NCBI GenBank assembly: GCA_041651055.1
Contig: JBAZJW010000001.1
Coordinates: 472,506-536,505 of the forward strand
Origin: Minisyncoccota bacterium
GTDB taxonomy: Bacteria > Patescibacteriota > Minisyncoccia > Phycocordibacterales > UBA5272
Direction of reading: 5' to 3'
Length of the DNA: 64,000 nt
Positions 19,403 to 29,224 of this stretch are shown here, piece after piece. Position numbers and translations under genes: made by a program. Every line of letters begins with the position of its first letter. Positions within the stretch are counted from its first letter, which is position 1. The notes beneath the pieces were generated by a model. That model was not told the origin of the DNA and did not search any database. It was given only the letters and a program-made list of their open reading frames with translations.

Positions 19403-20170
19403 CTACTTTAGAGAATACGTAACTGTTACACTTGATTTAATAACACTTTCTCCTTGTGGAAGACTAACGCTCATAGGACTTTTTGATGAAACCATATCCA
19501 TTCTCGCGTATGTAGAGTAGTTACCGTTATCGCTAAACTGTGTAACTTCACCGAGATGAGCACCAAGAGCTTTTGCTGTAGCTTCGGCTTTTACCTTTGC
19601 TTGTGCGATAGCCTTTGCTTTTGCTTCCGCCTCTGCAGCATCCATATTGTCCACCGTAAATTCTGGGCCAGAAATTTCTGTAACATTTACACCGCCAAGA
19701 GCGCCGACAACGGCACCGGCTTGGTCAATTTTTCTCACTTTGATTTGTATAACTTCTGCGACCTCGTAGCCAACAACAACGGTACGCCCTTGTGGACAAG
19801 GAATCGTAATACAATAAATCTGAGCTGTCTCATATTTTGGATTAACAGTATATGAAAGTGTTTTTGTATCCTTCTTGTCAACAGAAAGCGCTGAAACAGC
19901 CGCGAGAACTGCTGACATTTTCGTCTCTGCAATTTTCTGAGCTTCAGGAACAGTCTTGGCAGATTCACGAACAGTAAAAGTAACCGTAGCGATATCTGGT
20001 AACGCTGTTACCTCCCCTTCACCTAAAACGGTAATCGTTGGAACTGTCCCGTTCGGATAGTTAACTAATTTCAAACTACTGATTCCTGTAGCAAGAGACA
20101 CGAAAGCGATGCCGATAAGTGCGACACCTCCTGCAATCCATGTATATTTTTTGTAATCGAATGATTCCAT
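19403..20170 (-). CDS. SIMPL (DUF541) domain protein
   Basis: TITVLGEGEV...PDIA, AKAKAIAQAKVKAE..AKALG and terminal VTVTY. Confidence 0.9.
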   Translation of the reverse strand: MESFDYKKYTWIAGGVALIGIAFVSLATGISSLKLVNYPNGTVPTITVLGEGEVTALPDIATVTFTVRESAKTVPEAQKIAETKMSAVLAAVSALSVDKKDTKTLSYTVNPKYETAQIYCITIPCPQGRTVVVGYEVAEVIQIKVRKIDQAGAVVGALGGVNVTEISGPEFTVDNMDAAEAEAKAKAIAQAKVKAEATAKALGAHLGEVTQFSDNGNYSTYARMDMVSSKSPMSVSLPQGESVIKSSVTVTYSLK

Positions 20171-20221
20171 ATAGTGTGTGTGATTAATGATGATAATTAG
20201 CCTACTTTCACAGGGCAAAGA

Positions 20222-20460
20222 TTGTTTCAATTACGCGAAGATGGATGTTTTTTCGAGGAAGATGTACATATCGTACATTGACCGAGAAAAAGCGTTCATC
20301 GACAAAGTAAGTGGAACAATATATGCCTTGTGACTAAATTCTGAGCCAGAAATTGCTTTAGATGCAAGGCGTCAGAGATTTTTATGACCAAGATGTACGA
20401 ATAGTACTTCGCGGGAATAAAAATCTCTGGCAACGAAGCAGATGAAGTAATTTATGGCTT
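20222..20460. repeat. Two adjacent GTAC-loop palindromic elements
   Basis: 20222-20320 has core gatgtacatatcgtacattg; 20344-20460 has caaggcg...gatgtacgaatagtac...caacgaagcagatg. Confidence 0.75.
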
Positions 20461-21250
20461 AGAAACGAGCGTTGGAGTACATATAGCCCAGTAAGAGAAG
20501 TATAACAACTAACATCGCAGCCGCAAGCGCTATTATTTTCTCATCTTTTCCTGTCAGCGGCGTCTTGGCAATACGCACGTTATCAATAACGATATGCTTC
20601 TCGATAATCTTTTCCTTTTCCACAACCTTCACAGCTTCCTTTACATCTTTTCCTTCTTCGACTTTTGGCGTTGGCATGATTTCTCCAAAAAAGATATCTT
20701 TATATCTCGAGAATGGCCACACGGACTCAGTGCTTTCGAAAGGACGAAGAGGAAGGTTATGAGGAATTTCAGCCTCTACTTTCTGTAGAGATTTTTCTTT
20801 CGCCGCAATATACTCGACAGGCTCAATGAGTGATTGAGGTTCGCTCACTTTAATCTCCGCCACTTCATACTTCGTTATTTCGGGAACCACTTCAGGAACT
20901 ACCACTGTGGCCTCTGCGGGAATAGGTAACACCTCTTCTGCTGCCGGACCCTCAACTGACTCTATAACCGGCTCCACAGGTAGCTCTTCTTGTGGATTAT
21001 GTTCAAGAAGTTCATGTGTTTCGTCGATCATTTCCGGAAGTACATGCGATGCTTCTGTAGGAACGAGAAGTACTTCTGGTTTTTCAGCGCTGAGAGACTT
21101 CCCTTTTCCACGGAAAAGAACCACTGCGTCAGCAATGGTTCTTTCGTCCCACCCTCCTGCAGTGAGCAGTGTTGTAAGCATCGCCTCATCTAATTGTGGA
21201 TGACGTGCTTCGAGTGTGTTAAGGATGGTTTCTACCTCACGTAAGGTCAT
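20459..21250 (-). CDS. Hypothetical protein with acidic low-complexity middle and C-terminal TM
   Basis: 263-aa ORF overlapping the upstream stop codon; LLTAGGWDERTI N-domain. Confidence 0.7.
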   Translation of the reverse strand: MTLREVETILNTLEARHPQLDEAMLTTLLTAGGWDERTIADAVVLFRGKGKSLSAEKPEVLLVPTEASHVLPEMIDETHELLEHNPQEELPVEPVIESVEGPAAEEVLPIPAEATVVVPEVVPEITKYEVAEIKVSEPQSLIEPVEYIAAKEKSLQKVEAEIPHNLPLRPFESTESVWPFSRYKDIFFGEIMPTPKVEEGKDVKEAVKVVEKEKIIEKHIVIDNVRIAKTPLTGKDEKIIALAAAMLVVILLLLGYMYSNARF

Positions 21251-23265
21251 TATTTTTTAACAGCTGGAGCTGCTGTCGGCTGTACAGATGTAAGAAACTT
21301 CTGTAGATCAGCATTTCCAGGATTACGTCTGAGCAATTCTTCACCGATAGTCTTTGCTAAATCCGGGCGACCTCCATCACGAAGTGAGAGTGCAAGGAAG
21401 TACGCAACATTAGCGTTATTTGGATCCTTCTCAAGCGCTGTCTTAAGAGCAGTTACTGCATTTTGATAATCTTTCTTTCCGTAGAAAAGAAGGCCGGCCT
21501 GAATGTACGTAAGAGGATCATTCGGAGCATTCTTCACTGCTTCGATAGCATATGCGAGTGCTTCGTTTCCTTTACTTTCTGAAGCCTCAAGCTGGCTCAT
21601 GAGATAGAGGGCATCTGCAAAATTCTGCTTCTTCTTAAGTGCTTCGGTAAGCTGTGCTCGCACACCTTCTTTTGTTCCAGCTGATGCTTCAAGTCGGGCA
21701 AGCATCACATAGAGGTAAGGATTTTCTGGGTAGAGTTTAATAGCTTCCTGATATGACTTCTTCGCGCGATCGTACCCCCCTTCTTTATCAAAAGGAACAG
21801 CGAGTTCGTATGCTCGTCCAAGTGACACGTAGTTCTGGTAATTATCGGAGTTTGCCTTCACTGCTGCGAGACCTGCATCAACAGCTATTGCTGCAGTTTT
21901 CAAATACTCAGTCTTAAGAGCTTCCTGATCAAGTGCTGCACTTGAAACAAGTGCTCGGTTAGAAGCGATGGCAACCTCAACCTGTGTTCGGTAGAACCCA
22001 TCAAATCCGTACAAAGAAATAGCCTTTGCAAGAAGAGGAGAAACATCCTGTGTTTGTGCTAATGATTGCGCCTTACTAAAGAGAGCGAAAGCACGAGTTC
22101 TTTGCACAAGCATGACCGCATTGACCGCGAGCAAGACTGCGAGAGGAATGAGGAGAATTGCAAGCTTCTTACTTGGGTGGTATTCCGTAAGTTTTGCCTT
22201 TGCAAGGCCTAAGCCCCCAACGCTCACCCACACGACAAGCATTGCAAAGGAAAGAGGAACCGTAAAAGCAACGAGCACAAAGTAAAGCAAGATAAGGGAA
22301 AGTAGTCCTAGAATGGTACGATCATTGCCTTGGCCCGCCTGTCTATAACTAATAAATGTACTGTAAAGCGCTGATAGCATGAGCATCAAGAATGCAAGAA
22401 CCCCAAGAATTCCAATAGTTACAAAAAGAGTACTCACCGTATCTGATCCTTGTGTAAAGTCATAACCAAAGTATGGAGAAGCAATGACACTTTCTGGGCG
22501 ATACAACTGCCATGCACGACTAAAATTTCCAGCCCCTATACCAAAGACACCGTCGTGAAGCAAGACACTCTTTCCAACAGAGACTGTACTTGAAAGGTTC
22601 GGACGAACATTCTCTTGTGACGAAAGCGCAACAGCCCATGCTACGAAAAATACTGCGGTAATAATAACTGCAGTCTTGTATGTTTTTGAAACCTTAAGCT
22701 TTTGAACAAAAAAGAAACAAGCAAGAGCGAAGAGCCCTAGGTATGCAGCAAACGAAACTGAGTTTGAAAACCCTAAGAAAAGCTGCTTAACGGTCTCAAC
22801 AAGTGAGCCACTAAACATAAGAGCAGACACGAACACAAAAGCAGAAATACTTAACACAATAAGTAGTATGTACTTGAGTTTCTGTCGTAATGCTTCAGGT
22901 AGTGTACGAACAAGGTACATGACAACAGGAAGAGAGAGAAGTGACACCGCAGAGAGAGTGTTGAAAGCATCCCCAAAGAGGGCGACTCGTGGATCTTTTG
23001 CAAACAAAACAGATCCCAGAAGCGCAAGTGTGAACGCAAAGTATGAAAGAAACTCCAACTTCGAAACACTGTGCCACGACCGCGTAATTACCGCAGAAAC
23101 AACATATGACACAAGTGCCACTGCCACGAGAATCATCATGGTGATGTAATAGGTTGTTTCTGGTGTGAACCCTGTTCCTGGAATAAAGAAAAGTGGTGAC
23201 CCTACAACAATAAACATTGTCGCGTACTGATAAAGTCGAGAGAAGAACGATGCTAATAGTTTCAT
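21250..23265 (-). CDS. Polytopic membrane protein (O-antigen ligase-like) with C-terminal TPRs
   Basis: Many TM segments, FGIGAGNF motif, TPR repeats (YPENP, APNDP, DPNNA). Confidence 0.8.
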   Translation of the reverse strand: MKLLASFFSRLYQYATMFIVVGSPLFFIPGTGFTPETTYYITMMILVAVALVSYVVSAVITRSWHSVSKLEFLSYFAFTLALLGSVLFAKDPRVALFGDAFNTLSAVSLLSLPVVMYLVRTLPEALRQKLKYILLIVLSISAFVFVSALMFSGSLVETVKQLFLGFSNSVSFAAYLGLFALACFFFVQKLKVSKTYKTAVIITAVFFVAWAVALSSQENVRPNLSSTVSVGKSVLLHDGVFGIGAGNFSRAWQLYRPESVIASPYFGYDFTQGSDTVSTLFVTIGILGVLAFLMLMLSALYSTFISYRQAGQGNDRTILGLLSLILLYFVLVAFTVPLSFAMLVVWVSVGGLGLAKAKLTEYHPSKKLAILLIPLAVLLAVNAVMLVQRTRAFALFSKAQSLAQTQDVSPLLAKAISLYGFDGFYRTQVEVAIASNRALVSSAALDQEALKTEYLKTAAIAVDAGLAAVKANSDNYQNYVSLGRAYELAVPFDKEGGYDRAKKSYQEAIKLYPENPYLYVMLARLEASAGTKEGVRAQLTEALKKKQNFADALYLMSQLEASESKGNEALAYAIEAVKNAPNDPLTYIQAGLLFYGKKDYQNAVTALKTALEKDPNNANVAYFLALSLRDGGRPDLAKTIGEELLRRNPGNADLQKFLTSVQPTAAPAVKK

Positions 23266-23393
23266 AAATACTTTGTGTTATTAATAAATAAATTGATATT
23301 GTATCACTACAGTATATCTTGCATCTATCTCTCGTCACTGTGGACAGATATATGTGAACAACATACAAAAAACAAGCTATACTGTTATGAGTT

Positions 23394-23588
23394 ATGGACA
23401 CCACTACCAACGAACAAACACCTTCTCTCTCGAGGGCTCCTGTACAAGAGATTGCGGTCACAAAAGAAGTAAACATCTACCCTGTTATGCGCACGATTTT
23501 ACTTGTTGTATTTCTTGTGCTCGTTGTATGTGTCGCACTTTTCGTAATCTACCACAACGGTAAAAGTATTTATGAACGTGGTATCTAA
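23394..23588 (+). CDS. Small single-TM protein
   Basis: 64-aa ORF with one hydrophobic helix, overlapping the start of the next gene. Confidence 0.55.
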   Translation: MDTTTNEQTPSLSRAPVQEIAVTKEVNIYPVMRTILLVVFLVLVVCVALFVIYHNGKSIYERGI

Positions 23589-25140
23589 TATTCTTTCTGG
23601 TGTTCCACCTCTTTTCTCCTCTCTTGCAAACACCCTTTCTGGTGAAATAGACTGCTCACAGCAAACACTACAATCCCATAGCGTAGATGGATCCCCTTTG
23701 ATCATTCGTCCCCAGGCTGTCATTTATCCAAAGCACGCGGGCGACATCAAGCAAGCCATTTCTTTTGCAAAAGAATATAATATGCCACTTACGGTGTGTG
23801 GAAATGGTAAAGCTCATACAGGAGGAGCTCTTGGCGAAGGAATTATTCTTAACATGACGAGACATTTTACACACATTCGTCAGGTTAATATGATGGAGCA
23901 TACGATAACCGTCGACGCAGGAGTTACCATAAAAACCCTTCGTGAAAAACTTCGTGGTTGGCATATGGAAATACCGATACTCACATCAGCGGACAACGAC
24001 ACAACTATCGGGGCACTCGTTGCAACTAAAAGTGCAAGCCCTTCAACGTTCCATCATGGAACCATTCGCGAATGGACAGAGGCATTAACTGTTGTCGTAG
24101 ACACAGGAGAAGAACATCGCATTGCAGATGGCATCACACCAAGTGGTCGCCTTCTTGGTATTTACCAAACCATTTTCCCACTCCTAACAGAAAACGGGCC
24201 AACACTTCGTGCATCAAAACCTGAGACGAGAGACGATGCGACGGGATACTGTGTATGGAACACTTCTATTGGACCACGACAGCTCATCGATGAACTCGTC
24301 GGAGGAGAGGGTACGCTTGGCATTATTACTTCTGTCACTCTTAGACTTGTTCCTCTCAAACCACATGCACATACAACATGTATATCAATGCAGGATACAT
24401 CGCTTCTTGTATCATTACTCGAAATAGCTAAGCACCACAAAGCAGAGCATATATTTTTATGTGATGAAACATATAGCAATCTTACAAATCGCTATCATCC
24501 AGGACTTATCAAGGAAACAGGTCGCAGTATGTACACACTCTTTGTAACACACTTCGATACCGACAAAGAAAGACTGCACGACACCGTGAGAACCTTCACC
24601 CGTGCACTTCCAGACCCCTCTTTGTCTTTATTTTTTTATGAGGACACATCCTTCATAGAACGTATCACGGAGGGGGGATTTCTTCTTTCTCTTTGCAATG
24701 CTTACACTGGGGGAGCTCATATACCGAGCACGTTTGGTGACGGCATTATCGTGCCTCTTATGCATTATGCCAAGATGCTGAATGATCTCGATACCTACCT
24801 TGCTTCAACAGGGAAACTCTACACAATATCAGGAAATGCGGGGAGTGGGCATATTTCGGTAGTCACTCTCTTTGACCAAAAGGCACCGTCGTACACCCAC
24901 GACCTTGATAGATACATGCAGTCTCTTTCTGCAATTGTAGAAAAACATAAAGGAGGACTAAGTGCAGTAAGTGGTGACGGACTTATGCGAACCCCTTTTC
25001 TGTCATATATCTACAACGAAGCCACACGTGAAGTATTTCGCAAAACAAAAGAAGCGTGGGATCCGAAAGGAATACTTGGTCCTGGTAAAAAAACTGGGAG
25101 CACTACAGACTTTTTATATAAACATCTTTCACACAAATAA
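23572..25140 (+). CDS. FAD-binding oxidoreductase (GlcD/D-lactate dehydrogenase-like)
   Basis: PQAVIYPK, GGEGTLGIIT, GNAGSGH and DPKGILGPGKK. Confidence 0.88.
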   Translation: MNVVSNILSGVPPLFSSLANTLSGEIDCSQQTLQSHSVDGSPLIIRPQAVIYPKHAGDIKQAISFAKEYNMPLTVCGNGKAHTGGALGEGIILNMTRHFTHIRQVNMMEHTITVDAGVTIKTLREKLRGWHMEIPILTSADNDTTIGALVATKSASPSTFHHGTIREWTEALTVVVDTGEEHRIADGITPSGRLLGIYQTIFPLLTENGPTLRASKPETRDDATGYCVWNTSIGPRQLIDELVGGEGTLGIITSVTLRLVPLKPHAHTTCISMQDTSLLVSLLEIAKHHKAEHIFLCDETYSNLTNRYHPGLIKETGRSMYTLFVTHFDTDKERLHDTVRTFTRALPDPSLSLFFYEDTSFIERITEGGFLLSLCNAYTGGAHIPSTFGDGIIVPLMHYAKMLNDLDTYLASTGKLYTISGNAGSGHISVVTLFDQKAPSYTHDLDRYMQSLSAIVEKHKGGLSAVSGDGLMRTPFLSYIYNEATREVFRKTKEAWDPKGILGPGKKTGSTTDFLYKHLSHK

Positions 25141-25141
25141 A

Positions 25142-25546
25142 TTAATGCTTCTTCTCAAGTAGATGCTGTATCTGATCGCGAGGGTCATAACTCGCACGAA
25201 CAACTTCACGAGCCCATACACGAAACTCTTTGCCCCATTCACCTTTAACACGAAATCCGATAGCAATAACCACGTCTGAGTTATAGACATATACCTTTCT
25301 TTCTACTTTTTTTGTACCCTCTTTTTGAGTAATCATAAGAGCTCTCTCACTTGCCGCTTTCATTAATTCTCGTTCACGATATATTTTTTTCAAATGATCG
25401 TTGATGGTTGGAATACTTCTGCCATAAATACGAGCAATACGTTTTTGCGTACTCCACACTTCGTCATCAACAATAAAAACCCCTTCTTTAACGAGCTTAG
25501 GGTACTGATCCATATGGACGCGAGGAATATCCTCATTGTTTTTCAT
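25142..25546 (-). CDS. RhuM-like DNA-binding protein (N-terminal part)
   Basis: VWSTQKRIA, TINDHLKKIY..REL and YNSDVVIAIGFRV...FRVWA. Confidence 0.8.
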   Translation of the reverse strand: MKNNEDIPRVHMDQYPKLVKEGVFIVDDEVWSTQKRIARIYGRSIPTINDHLKKIYRERELMKAASERALMITQKEGTKKVERKVYVYNSDVVIAIGFRVKGEWGKEFRVWAREVVRASYDPRDQIQHLLEKKH

Positions 25547-25561
25547 ATAAAAAGTATACCA

Positions 25562-27394
25562 CTACAGCGCCCGTAGTGCATTTAGAATCACGAGCACATC
25601 AATACCTTCCTGAAGAATAGCTCCCTCTACGGGAGGCAAATATCCGAAGAGAGCTGCTGTCATCGCCATCACACTTAAACCCATACCGAAAAACATTGAC
25701 TGCTTGGCGATACGCACGGTGTGCTTACTTATTTTGAGCAAGTACACAATCCTTTCCAAATCATCAACCATAATTACCGCATCTGCGATATCCGTAGAAG
25801 CTGTCGCCCCGTGCGAACCAAGAGCAACCCCAAGCGACGCTGCTGCCAACGAGGGTGCATCGTTCACACCATCCCCAATCATAGCAACAGGCATACCTTC
25901 ACGTTCGTACGCTTGTATCAAATCAACTTTATCTTTAGGAAGACAGTTTGCTTTAATCGTAACAAAACCAAGAGATGATCCAACCTCTCTCGCGCGCACT
26001 TCGCCATCCCCTGTAATGAGAACAAGATCCACACCCTCCTGTAAAGCACGAACTTCATCAAGTGTTTCTTTCGCATGTTTCCGCACCGTATCTGAGAAGA
26101 CAATACTTCCGAGAAGCGTTTTCTCTTCCGCAAGGTATACCGTTGGTTTTGCTTTTACATCGTCTTTTCCTATTTCCTCACCTGAAAAAGAAACACCAAA
26201 GGTTTTTAAATATGAAAGCTTTCCAATATGGAACCTTCTTCCTTCAAGCGTCCCACTAATCCCTTCCCCGGTTGTCTCTGTGACAGAAGTCGGTGTAAAG
26301 AGAACAACTTTTTCCGCCTGGGCCTTACTCACAATACCTTGTGCGAAAACATGAACAGACACTTGTTCGAGTGACGCAGCATACTTAATGACATCATTTT
26401 GTGAAAAAGATTCCGTGTGTGTTTTCACCAAAGATACCTGTGGTAAACCAAGTGTCAGTGTTCCCGTTTTATCAAAAAAGAAAGCTTTCACATTAAGAAT
26501 GGCTTCAAAAACCCCTCCATGTTTTACAATAATCCCCTTCTTTGCCGACTTACTCATGCCAGCAATAAATGCTATCGGTGCTGCAAGAATAAGCGGACAC
26601 GGCGTCGCAACAACAAGTACTGCAGTTGCCAAATGTGGATCTTTAAGAAAGGCAACACCGGCAATACTAAATGTAAACAAGGTAAAGTACAAACTGTACT
26701 TATCTGCAAGACGTACCGTTGGTGCCTTTTCTTTTTCTGCCTGTTCGACGAGGTGCACAATGCCAGAAAAAACACTCTTATCATACGTCGCTGTTGCTTC
26801 TATAGTAAAAAAATCTCCAGAGTTTGTTGTGCCGCTCACAACAGTATCTCCGACAGCAATGTCTCGAGGGATTGGTTCGCCGGTAATTACAGATTCGTCG
26901 ACACTCGAAGTGCCTTCATAGACAGTACCGTCAACAGGGATAACCTCCCCTTTCTTTATACCCAAAACATCTCTAACTTTCACCTCATTAATAGAAACTG
27001 TTTGAAAAAGACCATTCTTGTAGAGAGACGCCACAACAGGAACTCTTTGCAAAAGTTTTTCAAGAGAACTTCTTGCTCTATTTTCTGCAAATCGTTCGAG
27101 CGATTCACCTCCGGAGAGCATTAACAAAACAATCCCGGCCGCAAGTGTTTCTCCTGTACTAAGCGCTGCAATAATTGCCACAATAGCGATGACATCGACT
27201 CCAAAAACCCCTCGCCGTAATGACGAAACAATACCAAAAACAAGTGGAAGAGAACCGACAATCACCGTGCCGTAAAGAATGGTGTACCACAAAGCTTTAT
27301 CTGCTGGAGAAAAAAACAAACCAGAGAGAAGTACGAAGGCTATACCAAGAGCCACAACGAGATCCACATTAAGATATGTTTTAATCATTGTCAT
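25562..27394 (-). CDS. Heavy-metal P1B-type ATPase (P1B-5-like)
   Basis: TGE, ATPCP, DKTGT, GDGVNDAP and QEGID. Confidence 0.93.
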   Translation of the reverse strand: MTMIKTYLNVDLVVALGIAFVLLSGLFFSPADKALWYTILYGTVIVGSLPLVFGIVSSLRRGVFGVDVIAIVAIIAALSTGETLAAGIVLLMLSGGESLERFAENRARSSLEKLLQRVPVVASLYKNGLFQTVSINEVKVRDVLGIKKGEVIPVDGTVYEGTSSVDESVITGEPIPRDIAVGDTVVSGTTNSGDFFTIEATATYDKSVFSGIVHLVEQAEKEKAPTVRLADKYSLYFTLFTFSIAGVAFLKDPHLATAVLVVATPCPLILAAPIAFIAGMSKSAKKGIIVKHGGVFEAILNVKAFFFDKTGTLTLGLPQVSLVKTHTESFSQNDVIKYAASLEQVSVHVFAQGIVSKAQAEKVVLFTPTSVTETTGEGISGTLEGRRFHIGKLSYLKTFGVSFSGEEIGKDDVKAKPTVYLAEEKTLLGSIVFSDTVRKHAKETLDEVRALQEGVDLVLITGDGEVRAREVGSSLGFVTIKANCLPKDKVDLIQAYEREGMPVAMIGDGVNDAPSLAAASLGVALGSHGATASTDIADAVIMVDDLERIVYLLKISKHTVRIAKQSMFFGMGLSVMAMTAALFGYLPPVEGAILQEGIDVLVILNALRAL

Positions 27395-27439
27395 AGTGTG
27401 TAGGTTTTATACATACCTGTGGCATGTGCTTGTAGAGAA

Positions 27440-28411
27440 TTATACCGTTACTTCATTTAATCCTTTTCCTTTTTCAAAAAAATGAATAACGTTTTCCGCC
27501 ACGCTCTCCGACATCTTTTGTCTCACACTATCTCGTGATGATGCAATATGTGGTGTCAGAACAACATTTGGAAGTGCGAGCAATTCACGCGACACCGAAG
27601 GCTCGAATTCGTACACATCGAGTCCGGCACCTTTGATGAGCCCTCCTGTAAGTGCGATGATGAGAGCCCCTTCGTCAACCACTGGTCCACGGGACGTGTT
27701 GATGAGGAATGCACTTTTTTTCATCTGCAATAACGCATCTTTATCAATTAAATGTTTCGTTGAAGGAAGGAGTGGTACGTGAAGAGAAATAATATCACTT
27801 GTTTGTAGCAATGTTTCCTTGTCGACATAGGTTGCTCCATATTTTTCTTCGATGACACTATTTCGAGCAACATCACTATAGATAATCGGACAATTAAAAC
27901 CACCGTGCACTATCGCTGCCACCTCTTGACCAATAGCTCCTCCTCCAAAAAGTCCTATCGTTTTCCCTGTAAGGTCGGTACCGTTGAAAAGATATGGTGA
28001 CCAGCCTTTGTATTTGTCTGCTCTCATAAAAAGATCACCTTCTATTGTTCGTGTGGTGAGCGATAGCATGAGAGCGACAGCGTGTTCGGCGACAGCACGA
28101 GACGATGTTCCGGGGGTGTTCGTTACGACAACATTTCTCTTCTTTGCCTCTTCAATATTAATGTTGTTGTAGCCGACGGAGTACTGAGCAAAGATTTTTG
28201 CTGTCGGACAAGCATCAAACAGCGCAGCATCAACCTCATCCGTAAGAAAACAAATAACCGCATCATATGGTTTTTGAGAAAGCGCGTGGACGAGTTCTTT
28301 GTGTGTAGGCGCTTCTTCTTTTTCACCAACATCTACCGTATATCCTTTTTCTTTAAGCAGTGCGACACCATTTTCTGGAATGCGGCGTGTTATATAAATG
28401 AGTTTTGACAT
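27440..28411 (-). CDS. D-glycerate dehydrogenase / glyoxylate-hydroxypyruvate reductase
   Basis: VTNTPG, AVAEHA, SLHVPL, INTSRG, GLDVYEFEP and TPHIAS. Confidence 0.92.
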   Translation of the reverse strand: MSKLIYITRRIPENGVALLKEKGYTVDVGEKEEAPTHKELVHALSQKPYDAVICFLTDEVDAALFDACPTAKIFAQYSVGYNNINIEEAKKRNVVVTNTPGTSSRAVAEHAVALMLSLTTRTIEGDLFMRADKYKGWSPYLFNGTDLTGKTIGLFGGGAIGQEVAAIVHGGFNCPIIYSDVARNSVIEEKYGATYVDKETLLQTSDIISLHVPLLPSTKHLIDKDALLQMKKSAFLINTSRGPVVDEGALIIALTGGLIKGAGLDVYEFEPSVSRELLALPNVVLTPHIASSRDSVRQKMSESVAENVIHFFEKGKGLNEVTV

Positions 28412-28420
28412 AGCGTTAAA

Positions 28421-29206
28421 TTAGAGAACTTTATGAGCCTCTGCATTAGAAATAATTCTATCCATCATCTCTACGGTCTCGATAGGATGTTCTCCTTCAG
28501 TAGTTTCTTCGGACAACATCACTGCACTCGCTCCACCTGTAACGGCGAATGCTACATCAGTTACCTCCGCTCGTGTCGGTCTTTTTGCGTGCACCATAGA
28601 AAGAAGCATTTCGGTTGCAACAATAACAAATTTATTCTTCTTTATGCATGATGATAGTATTCTTCGTTCAAGGAACGGCACCTCTTCTATTGGAAATGCC
28701 TGACCGAGATCACCGCGCGCAATCATGACTGCATCTGCTGCATCAATAATTGCTTCAATATCTTCCACTGCCTCGACCCTCTCGATCTTAGCAATGATAG
28801 GAATGTGCGCTCCGAGCTTTTCAATGTGTGAACGAAGAAGCGTCACATCCTCTGCTTTTCCTACATAGGAAAGGGCAATGTAGTCAACAGCGTGTGCAAC
28901 ACCAAATGTGAGGTCATCTAAATCTTTCTCAGTAAGAACACTCTCTCTATCACCATTAAAATGATGTCCACCTTCTTCTTGTGTTCGAGGACCAGACAAA
29001 TCCTGTATGATAGAGATTGTTTTTCCATGCTCAACACTAATTCTTCTTACCGTTTCAATATAGTGCTCCATGTCATCATGCGTACCCCATGAAAAGTTGA
29101 GTCGCACCATATCAAGATGTGGGAGCATTGCCACAAGAACTTCTTCCGCCCGAGTAGCGGGACCCAGTGTTGCAATTATTTTTGTTTTTCTTTCTGTGTG
29201 TTCCAT
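28421..29206 (-). CDS. pyk: Pyruvate kinase, minimal form (TIM barrel only)
   Basis: KTKIIATLGP, RLNFSWG, DLSGP, IAKIE, MIARGDLG, ATEML.SM and PTRAEVTDV; only 261 aa. Confidence 0.88.
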   Translation of the reverse strand: MEHTERKTKIIATLGPATRAEEVLVAMLPHLDMVRLNFSWGTHDDMEHYIETVRRISVEHGKTISIIQDLSGPRTQEEGGHHFNGDRESVLTEKDLDDLTFGVAHAVDYIALSYVGKAEDVTLLRSHIEKLGAHIPIIAKIERVEAVEDIEAIIDAADAVMIARGDLGQAFPIEEVPFLERRILSSCIKKNKFVIVATEMLLSMVHAKRPTRAEVTDVAFAVTGGASAVMLSEETTEGEHPIETVEMMDRIISNAEAHKVL

Positions 29207-29224
29207 ACGTAGTAATAAGTGGTA

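Noticed and set aside
25704-27124. Long plus-strand ORFs opposite the P-type ATPase and other housekeeping genes
   Set aside because: Antisense shadows with no recognisable motifs.
28421-29206. pyk as a pseudogene
   Set aside because: No frameshift or remnant of the missing domains, motifs are intact, and operon spacing is tight.
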